From: Promethearchaeota archaeon
GTDB taxonomy: Archaea; Asgardarchaeota; Lokiarchaeia; Sigyniarchaeales; SOKP01
Assembly: GCA_048938855.1 (NCBI GenBank)
Contig: JBHLLT010000007.1
Span: 34,063-98,062, forward strand
Length of the DNA stretch: 64,000 nt
Direction of reading: 5' to 3'
Below the pieces are notes generated by a model. That model did not search any database. It saw only the letters and a program-made list of their open reading frames with translations, and was not told the DNA's origin. The translations under genes and the position numbers were made by a program. Positions 53,171 through 62,342 of this stretch are shown in pieces. The stretch's first letter is position 1. Each line of letters starts with the position of its first letter.

Positions 53171-53449
53171 ATGGATATAAATCAAAGTGATAATAAAGAA
53201 TCACTAATCCAGTTAGTTAGAAAGGCAATTGAGTTACTCTGCGAAAAAAATATATCTAGTGTTGTTATTCTCTCATCTTATAAAATAAATAGTGTACTAA
53301 AAGAATCCTTTGGCGTAGATATTAAGGTTGATAAAATAGGGAGAATTTTAAGCAAAGTGGCTAAGTTAAATGAATTAAAAAGATTAAATACAAATATTCC
53401 TAAATATAGATTACATATTTCTAGAGTTTCAAAATTGGAATTCTTTTAA
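53171..53449 (+). CDS. Small basic hypothetical protein, possibly wHTH
   Basis: 92 aa; ..SSYKIN...KVDKIGRILSKVA...KYRL. Confidence 0.7.
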   Translation: MDINQSDNKESLIQLVRKAIELLCEKNISSVVILSSYKINSVLKESFGVDIKVDKIGRILSKVAKLNELKRLNTNIPKYRLHISRVSKLEFF

Positions 53450-53457
53450 TATGATTT

Positions 53458-54825
53458 TTAGGTTAAATTTCTAAATTCTGTTATAATTTTTTGTAGTTTA
53501 TCAAGTAGTATTCGAATTTCTGAGTAATTTTCTTTAAATGGGTCTAGTTCAAGGCTTAATTTTTCAATTTTCTCACTAATATTACTCTGGAATGGATTTA
53601 GTGTTATTTCGATTTTCTCTTCAATTTCTTGTGTGAAAATTTTTGTTTGACTCTCTAGTTTATTAAGATGCTCATCTAGTCTATCTATCATTTCCTCAAT
53701 TTTATAGTAGATTTGGGATGTTTCCTCCAATTTAGAATTTGTTGAATCAGCTGAAGCTTCTAGTTCCAATTCGATATTTTTAACTTTATTTTCAATAAGA
53801 TTCTTTAAATTATTAACAAGACTTTGTTTAACTTCTTTTATGTGTTCGATAACTTGTCTATGATCTTCAATTCTAATATCTACATAATTAGTAATTTTAT
53901 TTTTAGAATCATATACTTTTTCATTTAGTGTTTTTTTAAACCAACCACTTACTTTCAAGAGTCCTCCAATTACCGCCTGTTTCATCTTGTCTATAGCATC
54001 AACAATGAATTCTGTACCACGTGAGCTTCCCTTTTCCATATCATTTATCCAATTTCCAAATTGAAGTTGAATTGTATTCATAAAGACTTCAGAGAATTTT
54101 TCTGATCCTTGCTTAAATCCAGAAATTATAGAATTTATCTCAGGATACTTTTCAATCTCCTCTTCAATTGGTTCTTGTGTTTCAGAAATAGGGATTTCTT
54201 GCAGATTACCAGGGGTTGTTTCAACAATTTCGTTAACTTCTTTAATTAGAATAGGATCTTTTTTCTGAAAATCTTCCATAAATTTTTGAATCCATTTAAA
54301 ATACTCTAAAGAAGAAGGAATTTCAATTTCATATGGAACGCTGGAATATTTATCTTTTTTCGTAAAATTTTCTAATCGAAAGATATCAAATCCAAAATCT
54401 CCTGCCAATCCCATTAAAGTGTGATCAAAAACTATACAAACACCTTGAGGACACTTCTCATTTTGGAAATATTGATGATTTGCAATTGTGACATCAGTAA
54501 AATCTAACCCCCAGCTAGGTCTTGAAATATACCACCCAACTAATGATTTTTTGTATTGATTTTCTATCTGTTTAATCAATTCAATTTCATTTTTTGAAAA
54601 CCCTACTGATACTGGTGTACCATGCATAACAGGAATTGCATTCTCTATAATTAGCGTTCCATCAACTGCATTAAAGTTTCCTAAACAGACACCCATAACT
54701 TCTTTACTTTTTTCTAATGCAGTGCTCCCAAAACGTAGGACATGAGTTAGCATATTTCTGAATGCTTCTTTCTTAATTAAGACTTTTTCTTGAGTAGAAT
54801 TATCCTTAGTTATATTTTCAGCCAT
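53458..54825 (-). CDS. Catalytically inactive MPN (MPN-) domain protein with long coiled-coil tail
   Basis: MPN fold cues KEVMGVCLG, IENAIP, LVGWY and CIVFDH, but the JAMM motif is replaced by I-S-R-x7-T-x2-T. Confidence 0.88.
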   Translation of the reverse strand: MAENITKDNSTQEKVLIKKEAFRNMLTHVLRFGSTALEKSKEVMGVCLGNFNAVDGTLIIENAIPVMHGTPVSVGFSKNEIELIKQIENQYKKSLVGWYISRPSWGLDFTDVTIANHQYFQNEKCPQGVCIVFDHTLMGLAGDFGFDIFRLENFTKKDKYSSVPYEIEIPSSLEYFKWIQKFMEDFQKKDPILIKEVNEIVETTPGNLQEIPISETQEPIEEEIEKYPEINSIISGFKQGSEKFSEVFMNTIQLQFGNWINDMEKGSSRGTEFIVDAIDKMKQAVIGGLLKVSGWFKKTLNEKVYDSKNKITNYVDIRIEDHRQVIEHIKEVKQSLVNNLKNLIENKVKNIELELEASADSTNSKLEETSQIYYKIEEMIDRLDEHLNKLESQTKIFTQEIEEKIEITLNPFQSNISEKIEKLSLELDPFKENYSEIRILLDKLQKIITEFRNLT

Positions 54826-54829
54826 TTTT

Positions 54830-56311
54830 TTAATCTCCTCCTTTTTCGAAGTTATTTAATTTCTTCTGTAGTTCTTCTTTCTCCTCTTTTAATTCTGCGA
54901 TATTTTTTTGAAGGGTTTTATTTTCAACTTGTAGTGTATCAAGTTTATCCTGTATTGGATTTTTTGAACTTTCTAAAAGTATTATTGCTGCTTTTAAATC
55001 TGAAAGAAAACTTTTTGAATCTTTACCAAGATTAATAAAATTTCCAATAATTTTGTTTAGGTTTTTATTATAAGATTCGGATAATTCATCAAATTCTTTT
55101 TTTAATATATTCAGAGTTGAATCTTCAATTATATCGATGCTATTTTTCAAATTTTCAATGGTGTCAATTTTTTGCTCCAGGTTGTCAGAAACTTTTAATC
55201 CTTTAGTATTAATCGCTGTTAATTTATCTATATTCTCACTAATATTATTTAACAATTTAAGCATAATTCCCTTTATTTGTTGTTCAAATAATACATTAAA
55301 TTGTTCTTCAAGGTCTGTTTTAATTTGATTAAATGAGTTTTTAAAAGCCTCCTGATTGGTGTCAAATTCTTCAAATTTATCATCAACATACATTTCTAAT
55401 TCATTTAATTTCTCTCCCAATGAAAATTTAAAATCTTTTTGCAAACCTGAAATACTGCTACTGAGAGCATCTTTTATTTTAATTATATCTTTTCTCATTT
55501 GGAGATTATTTTCTACAGTATTTCTAATCAAATTTTCACTCCATTTATTTAGAATTGAGAATATTGGGTTAAAGGATAATTCTAAAAATCCCATTAAACC
55601 GTTTTTAAGCGAATCAATGATTAATGAGGTGTTAAATTCCGGTTTTTCAGCAAAAATTTGACTTTCACTTGGAAATGTAATATCTCCAAATATGTCAGGC
55701 ATTTCATTAATCTCTAATATAGGCAACTCTTTAGAGTGAACAGAATTAATTAATTCTATTAGTCTTAGATAATATTCAATACTATCAGGAGGTTCTACGG
55801 TCGCTTTTACTTCATGATACCCTGACATTTGACCTTTATTAGGATTATCCAATCTGAATGTACGAAATCCTAATTCTCCAGGTTTTTCTAAAAAGGTATG
55901 ATCAAAAACTATACCAATTGCACTTGGAAATGGAGTTTGCCACCCAAGTTGGTTTCGAATATCCGTTGAAGAAAAGAATATATCAAGTCCGGGATGAGAA
56001 TGATACCATCCACAACTAAACCATCCTTTTTCTGCATATTTCTCATCAACTGTACTAAATGTTATATAATCTTCGGGAGCAAAAGCAACCTCTATTGCTC
56101 CACCATGAGAAATCGGAACAGCATCCTCGATGATAACATCCATTATTCCCTTTTTATCAGGTTCACCATCTATATGACCAATAAGAATACCCATTACCTC
56201 TTTAAATTGCCTTCGATCTCTTGCTTTATTACCAAAACGGAGAACATGGAGGAGCATTTTATAGTAAGCATCAGGTTTAATAATTATACTTTTCTCAGAG
56301 GGCAAAATCAA
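54830..56311 (-). CDS. JAMM/MPN+ metalloprotease (Rpn11/CSN5-like) with long coiled-coil tail
   Basis: KEVMGILIG; GWYHSHPGLDIFFSSTD (intact H-x-H-x7-S-x2-D); GIVFDH and GFRTFRL. Confidence 0.93.
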   Translation of the reverse strand: MILPSEKSIIIKPDAYYKMLLHVLRFGNKARDRRQFKEVMGILIGHIDGEPDKKGIMDVIIEDAVPISHGGAIEVAFAPEDYITFSTVDEKYAEKGWFSCGWYHSHPGLDIFFSSTDIRNQLGWQTPFPSAIGIVFDHTFLEKPGELGFRTFRLDNPNKGQMSGYHEVKATVEPPDSIEYYLRLIELINSVHSKELPILEINEMPDIFGDITFPSESQIFAEKPEFNTSLIIDSLKNGLMGFLELSFNPIFSILNKWSENLIRNTVENNLQMRKDIIKIKDALSSSISGLQKDFKFSLGEKLNELEMYVDDKFEEFDTNQEAFKNSFNQIKTDLEEQFNVLFEQQIKGIMLKLLNNISENIDKLTAINTKGLKVSDNLEQKIDTIENLKNSIDIIEDSTLNILKKEFDELSESYNKNLNKIIGNFINLGKDSKSFLSDLKAAIILLESSKNPIQDKLDTLQVENKTLQKNIAELKEEKEELQKKLNNFEKGGD

Positions 56312-56449
56312 TCACATATTTCTTAGATTTAGATATAATTAATTAATGATATATATATAGTTTATTTATTCGCTAAAATATTAAGCTTAACTCCTTTTTA
56401 TTAACCAACATATTAAAAAATTAGATTAAAAATATTATTCAACATTTAA

Positions 56450-57094
56450 TTAATGGGGTAATCTTTTTCCGCAGTAAGGGCAAAATCGGAATCCTAAGTC
56501 TTTACCGCAAAATGGGCAGAATTCACCCTCTGAGTCCACTTGTGCTGGTTCGGGGGCACCTTCTTTTGGAATAGACGGTAAATTTCTTGTTGTTTTAAGA
56601 GTTGGAGCTGAATCTTGCGCTTCAGTTTTTCGTTCTGCAATTGCTGCTTTAAAAGCTTGTCGTTTCTCTTCCTCTATTTCCGTTTGAGTTTTAGATTCTT
56701 CTGATTTTACCCATCCTTGAACTTGAGGCCTTTTTAATTCATTTCCAGGAACACCCGTTAATTCAACTTCTTTGGCTTCGGTTACGGTGGGTATCATCTT
56801 CTTTTCTTCCTTATTCTTTATTGCTTGTTTGACTAAAGCTTGAGTTGTTTTCATTATTTGATGTGGATTGATATTAGGAATAGCTACAGTTCTAAGTACC
56901 CATCCTACAATAATATTTTGATTTGGGAAATCACCTTGAACATCTTCATCTTTGAAAACATATGAATCGATTACATCTTTTCCTTTTAATAGACGTACTG
57001 CCCATTTTTCATTGATTTCTCCTAATTGTATTCTATAACTTGTACCTGCCACACCCAGTTGGGAAGAAAGGGGCACAAAGCCAATTTCAGCCAA
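56450..57094 (-). CDS. Hypothetical protein with low-complexity linker and C-terminal double zinc ribbon
   Basis: TTG start behind AGTGA; ends FCPFCG...FCPYCGKRLP. Confidence 0.85.
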   Translation of the reverse strand: MAEIGFVPLSSQLGVAGTSYRIQLGEINEKWAVRLLKGKDVIDSYVFKDEDVQGDFPNQNIIVGWVLRTVAIPNINPHQIMKTTQALVKQAIKNKEEKKMIPTVTEAKEVELTGVPGNELKRPQVQGWVKSEESKTQTEIEEEKRQAFKAAIAERKTEAQDSAPTLKTTRNLPSIPKEGAPEPAQVDSEGEFCPFCGKDLGFRFCPYCGKRLPH

Positions 57095-57346
57095 TTTAAA
57101 TCACTTTTTTAAAATTTTTTATATGATTTGAGTAATATTATAATGATAAATTATCAATTTAAATTATTACGTATTTAAAGTAGAAATGAGTTTTAAGATT
57201 AAAAAATCTTATTAGATTAGATACTTGAAACATCAATTAAGAGTTAGAATTTTTCGGTTTAATTTTTGGGATTAAAAACACATAAATAGAAAAATTAGTA
57301 TTTTACAAATTAATAAATTAAAAACAATTGTTACTATTTTTTCAAA

Positions 57347-58300
57347 ATGATTATTATTCCTAAAAAGGTATATCTAACTGTAGTAGCGGCTTCAGTCAGA
57401 TTTGCCAATGCGCGTATTCCAAAAGATGATTGGTTAGAGGTTAGTGGAATTTTTACAGGTCGAAATGAAGCTGATGATGTAATTATTTCAGAAGCTTTCC
57501 CTATTATGCATCAAGAATTAGATAAAGACGCTGTGATTGATCAATATAAATGGTCAGATGAAGATTATGAAGCGACATATGTTATTGACGAACTAGCTTT
57601 CTCAAAAGATCCACCTGATTTTGTAATTGGATGGTGGCATTCACATCCCGGATTTAAAGTTATGATGAGTCATATTGACATCCGTACTACTCTCTCTTAT
57701 CAACAAAACAATCCATTAGCAATCTCTCTCGTTTTTAACCCTACAAGATTAATTCGACAAATTGAAGTAGCTGATAAAAAAGGAGATCCAGATAAACAAT
57801 TAAAAAATGATCCCGGTTTTAAAATATTTCGATTAGATGATACAAATCGAGGTATAGAAGCCTCCTATCATACAGTAGATTACAAAGTTGAAGGATATGA
57901 CAGTATAGAACAATTAGTTACTTTAACTCAAAAATTCATAATTGATATTACAAACTTTTTCCCTAAAAGCAACGTACCACAAACTTATGAAAAATTTGTA
58001 GATAGCAAAATAAATGAATTTAATTCATTGTTTATGGGCACCGAAGAATATCTGACTACATTAACTCGTCGTGGTGAAAACATTAGGATTCCTGAAGTTT
58101 TAAAAAAACAAACTCAAGAAATTCGAAAGTTTGTGGCAGAAACTTATGTTAAAATTGAGACTATTAAAGAATTCATGAATTACTTAGAATTTAAAGAAAG
58201 AGAAACAATAATTCCTATGGTTGAGAGTATATTGCATAGATGGGATGAACTCGTGGCGGGCTTAGATAAAAAATTAAAAAACCTCTCAAAGAAATTCTAG
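57347..58300 (+). CDS. JAMM/MPN+ metalloprotease with helical C-terminus
   Basis: LEVSGIFTG; GWWHSHPGFKVMMSHID (intact JAMM); SLVFNP and GFKIFRL. Confidence 0.92.
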   Translation: MIIIPKKVYLTVVAASVRFANARIPKDDWLEVSGIFTGRNEADDVIISEAFPIMHQELDKDAVIDQYKWSDEDYEATYVIDELAFSKDPPDFVIGWWHSHPGFKVMMSHIDIRTTLSYQQNNPLAISLVFNPTRLIRQIEVADKKGDPDKQLKNDPGFKIFRLDDTNRGIEASYHTVDYKVEGYDSIEQLVTLTQKFIIDITNFFPKSNVPQTYEKFVDSKINEFNSLFMGTEEYLTTLTRRGENIRIPEVLKKQTQEIRKFVAETYVKIETIKEFMNYLEFKERETIIPMVESILHRWDELVAGLDKKLKNLSKKF

Positions 58301-58427
58301 ATGTTATAATAATTTTCATCTTATTTTTAATTTTGATAAATTTTTATTTGATTGCGCTTTTTGATGTTTAAGTATACGTTTGTTTAAAATCAAGCTATTA
58401 TAAAATTTTTAGAATAGGATTATAATA

Positions 58428-60632
58428 ATGAAAAAAATAAACTTCCCTTTCACAGCAATACTCGGACAAGACAAAATGAAAATGGGTTTAATATTAAATG
58501 TTATTGATCCTCAAATTGGAGGGATATTATTAACCGGACATCAAGGAACTGGGAAAAGTACTGCTGTAAGGTCTCTCGTAGAATTAATGCCTCAAATCGA
58601 AGTTATCACTGGTTGTGAGTTCTCCTGTGACCCTAATTCAGATATTGATAATTTATGCCAGAATTGTATTGAGAAAAAGGAAAAAGGTAAAGTTGATACA
58701 GAATTTAGGGATATGCTATTAGTGAATCTCCCGTTAGGAGTAACAGAAGATATGGTTTGCGGTAGTTTATCTATAGATAAAGTTTTAACAGAAGGAATTC
58801 GAGCTTTACATCCTGGATTATTAGCAAAAGCTAATCGTGGTATTTTGTATGTAGATGAAATAAATTTACTACAGGATCATATTGTTGATGTTTTGTTAGA
58901 TTCTGCAGCTTCAGGAGTAAATATTATAGAGAGAGAAGGTATATCTGTATCTCATCCTTCAAGATTTATTTTGGTGGGATCCATGAATCCTGAGGAAGGT
59001 GATTTGAGACCTCAAATTGCAGATCGTCTAGGATTAGAGGTTACAATAAAAGCACCACGAGATTCAGAATTAAGAGCAGAAATAACTAAAAGAGTGATAG
59101 AATTTGATGATAATCCGAAAGAATTTATTAAAAAATATGAAATTGACCAGGAAAAATTAAGAAATAAAATTATTAATGCTCGAAAAATTATAAAAGAAGT
59201 TCAGATTCCTAGCTCTGTTTATGAATTTGTATCTAAACTTGTTAATGAGTTGGAAATATTTTCACAAAGAGCAGATATCACTTTCATTAGATGTGCTAGA
59301 GCTCATGCTGCTTTAAATGATCGAAAAACCATAGTTCAAGAGGATTTAAATGTAGCAATGGATTTAGTATTTGAACACAGAATCCAATCACTTCATTATG
59401 AATTAACACCTAAAGAAATAAAAGCAAAGATTGCTGAAGTCTATGGAAAAATCAAAGAAGCTTATGAAAACACACAAATCCTGCTACCAAACAGAGAAAC
59501 AGAAGGGCCTTTAAAGCATAGTGATGAACCTCAAAATGAATTCAAACGTCAATCTGTTGATCCCGATAAAGTTGATATTCCAGAATCTAAAGAGCAAAAA
59601 TTACCTCCTCCTAAATATCCGGATAATCGACCAAGGAGTCCTCGACCTGCAGGAGGATGGAAAGTAAAAAATATTCCTCTTGATGAGGATATCAAATTCT
59701 TCGAAGCAAAGAATTCATCATTACCATTTGTGTATAAAATGGAAAAAAAGATGACATCAATTTTAGATAATATTAGAAAAGACCGAAAAATATCTGATTA
59801 TGGTGGAAGAGGAATCGGAAGAAGAATCAAAATATCATCTTCTCAAAAAGGCCGATATATATCATATAGAACGCCAATAAGGGATGAGCCAAAAAGTATT
59901 GCTTTAGACGCTACAATTAGAAATTACTTAAAAAATTCTGTATATAATAAAACTGAAATAGATTTTCCTATACATTTCAATAAATATGATTTAATGGATA
60001 AAATTTATGAATATCGCGCTCCTCTGGCTCTTTTTTTTGTATTAGATAGTTCAGCATCTATGTTTTATGTAATAAAACAAATGACCGATGTAATCCTTTC
60101 TCTTCATAGAGAAGGATATAGAAAAAGAGATAAGATCTCATTAATTGTTTTTCGGGGTAAAAAAGCTGTCGTATTACAAAGGCCGACAGTTAATTTTCAA
60201 ATGGCTATTAGAAAATTAAAGAAGCTTGAAGGAAAGAGTTACACCCCCATGGCCTCAGCGTTAAAAAAAGTGTCTGAACTAATAAAAACAGAAAAATTAA
60301 AGGATAGAAATATTATACCTATTGTATTTATTTGTAGCGATTGCGGAGCAAATATCTCTGTTAAGTATCCTGATTTGATTGCTCAAGTAGAATCAGATTA
60401 TGTTTTGATCACAAAAGAATTAGAAGGATTAACAAAAAAATTGTCAAAACAAAATATTCACTTAGTTGTGCTTGAACCGAAAAAATCCTATGCTACACAG
60501 GCTCTCGGTGTGCATACATATTCTGCAGAGCAGATTAAAAGGAATTTCAAAAAGTTTGGCAATGCTTCAATTTATAAATTTGATAAGTATAATCCATCTT
60601 CTTTAGTATTGGAATTAAAAAAGATTTTGTAA
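58428..60632 (+). CDS. ChlI/ChlD-like chelatase-family AAA+ ATPase with C-terminal VWA domain
   Basis: FPFTAILGQ, GHQGTGKST, PGLLAKANRGILYVDEINLL, EREG.S, NPEEG, a Pro-rich linker, and MIDAS LDSSASM with TP and SD. Confidence 0.9.
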   Translation: MKKINFPFTAILGQDKMKMGLILNVIDPQIGGILLTGHQGTGKSTAVRSLVELMPQIEVITGCEFSCDPNSDIDNLCQNCIEKKEKGKVDTEFRDMLLVNLPLGVTEDMVCGSLSIDKVLTEGIRALHPGLLAKANRGILYVDEINLLQDHIVDVLLDSAASGVNIIEREGISVSHPSRFILVGSMNPEEGDLRPQIADRLGLEVTIKAPRDSELRAEITKRVIEFDDNPKEFIKKYEIDQEKLRNKIINARKIIKEVQIPSSVYEFVSKLVNELEIFSQRADITFIRCARAHAALNDRKTIVQEDLNVAMDLVFEHRIQSLHYELTPKEIKAKIAEVYGKIKEAYENTQILLPNRETEGPLKHSDEPQNEFKRQSVDPDKVDIPESKEQKLPPPKYPDNRPRSPRPAGGWKVKNIPLDEDIKFFEAKNSSLPFVYKMEKKMTSILDNIRKDRKISDYGGRGIGRRIKISSSQKGRYISYRTPIRDEPKSIALDATIRNYLKNSVYNKTEIDFPIHFNKYDLMDKIYEYRAPLALFFVLDSSASMFYVIKQMTDVILSLHREGYRKRDKISLIVFRGKKAVVLQRPTVNFQMAIRKLKKLEGKSYTPMASALKKVSELIKTEKLKDRNIIPIVFICSDCGANISVKYPDLIAQVESDYVLITKELEGLTKKLSKQNIHLVVLEPKKSYATQALGVHTYSAEQIKRNFKKFGNASIYKFDKYNPSSLVLELKKIL

Positions 60633-60674
60633 CTATATAAAACTTCATTAATTTTTATATCTTTAATTTCGATA

Positions 60675-61916
60675 ATGTTTAATGATTCTAAATCTGTTCT
60701 TGTTGTTGGATTTAATACTCGCCCCTTAGCTTATTCTTTAAAAAAAGCAGGTTATGATGTATTCGCAATTGATTTTTTTGGAGATTTGGATCTATTTCCA
60801 TTTGTTAAAGATTATATAATTGTTATGGAAGAGATAAGTAAAAATTATGACTCATTAAAAGATAATTATAGTAAGTATTTAGCTCAGTTTGCTATCCGCT
60901 TATTTCAAAAACATCAAGATATAAAGTATTTGCTGATTGGAAGTGGTTTAGATGATGCTTATGAAGAAAGAAAACTCATTTTAGAACAAATTGAAAATTT
61001 TAATACGATAAGTTTAAACAATAATTTAGAAGTCTTAAAAAAATCAAGGGATATTGAATGGATTTGTGAATTACTCAAATCCAATGGATATAAAATACCT
61101 ATTCATTATTCTTTAGAAAATTTTCATTTTCAAAAATGTGATCTAAAATTCCCTTTAATATTGAAGAAAAAAAGAAGTGCTGGGGGTTTGAATGTCATCA
61201 AAATTGAAAATGAATTGGAATTGGCATCTCAGATTCAAATTATTAATAATCTTCACTCTCATCCTTCAGATTGGCTAATTCAGGAGTATATCAAGGGTGT
61301 TCCAGTTAGTTGTACTGTAATATCAAATGGAAAGGAATGTGAAATAATCACAATCAATAAACAAGTTATTGGTGAAGAATTTCTTAATCCACCAAAACAA
61401 TTTATGTATTGTGGTAATATAGTGCCTGCGGGGTTATTAGAAGAGGAAGAAGAAATAATCTCAGAAATTTCAATGTTCTTAACAAAAAAATTAGGTTTAA
61501 AGGGGATTAACGGATTTGATTTTGTATTAAAAGACCATTACTCATACCTAATGGAATGCAATCCAAGAATTCCGGGTTCAATTAGAGTTTCTGAGAGTGT
61601 ATTAAATATAAATCTTTTAGATCTGCATATTAAAAGTTTTGTACCCGAAAAATGGAAGGCTATTAAAAAAATAATTAGTACTGCTAAACCACTCGCTTTC
61701 GCGACAAAATTTATCTATTTTGCCTCAAAAGAAGTAGATAAAAGTCTTTTATCAGAAATCAATGCATTAAAACATATTCATGATAAAAGTGAGCCAAAAA
61801 GTAACATTTTAAAAGGTGAGCCTATTTGTACAATATTATATAAGGGGAATAATCTTTCTGAGTCTTATTCGGGAGCTATGAAGGTTGTAAGTAAAATAAA
61901 AAAAATAATTGGATAA
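60675..61916 (+). CDS. ATP-grasp domain protein (archaeal COG2232-like)
   Basis: DFFGDLD, LKK..SAGG, IQEYIKG, YCGN, GINGFDF and ECNPRIPGS. Confidence 0.85.
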   Translation: MFNDSKSVLVVGFNTRPLAYSLKKAGYDVFAIDFFGDLDLFPFVKDYIIVMEEISKNYDSLKDNYSKYLAQFAIRLFQKHQDIKYLLIGSGLDDAYEERKLILEQIENFNTISLNNNLEVLKKSRDIEWICELLKSNGYKIPIHYSLENFHFQKCDLKFPLILKKKRSAGGLNVIKIENELELASQIQIINNLHSHPSDWLIQEYIKGVPVSCTVISNGKECEIITINKQVIGEEFLNPPKQFMYCGNIVPAGLLEEEEEIISEISMFLTKKLGLKGINGFDFVLKDHYSYLMECNPRIPGSIRVSESVLNINLLDLHIKSFVPEKWKAIKKIISTAKPLAFATKFIYFASKEVDKSLLSEINALKHIHDKSEPKSNILKGEPICTILYKGNNLSESYSGAMKVVSKIKKIIG

Positions 61917-62110
61917 TTGGCTATTATTCTTTAAACACGACATAACCAAGAACAGTAATCCAAACAATTACAGCGACATTTCCAATTATAACTATAGGGA
62001 AGATAAAATAAAATTAATTTATATAATATAGAATTTAAAAGTTAATCCAAACAAATGATTCTATTTTGAATTAAAGATAATCTTTTGCCTATATAATGAC
62101 TCATTTAACC

Positions 62111-62302
62111 TTATTCTTCATCAGATTTATCAATGAGATATATAGAAAGCCTTAACTTCGATTTTTGTTGAATTTCATTTAGATTTTTTAGTATTTCAAT
62201 TAATTTTTTGGAAAATGCAGGTGAATTATATTCATTTCGGCACAATTTTTGTATTTTATGGCAATAATCTATAAAGTTTCTACTTTGTTCGTATACTGCC
62301 AT
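62111..62302 (-). CDS. Small hypothetical protein
   Basis: 63 aa with AAGGAAAGGA upstream. Confidence 0.55.
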   Translation of the reverse strand: MAVYEQSRNFIDYCHKIQKLCRNEYNSPAFSKKLIEILKNLNEIQQKSKLRLSIYLIDKSDEE

Positions 62303-62342
62303 GATTCATCCTTTCCTTACTTTTTATTTAAAATTATTTGAT

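Noticed and set aside
61925-62014. Short hydrophobic minus-strand frame (FYFIFPIVIIGNVAVIVWITVLGYVVFKE)
   Set aside because: No start codon and an in-frame stop immediately upstream; at best a gene remnant.
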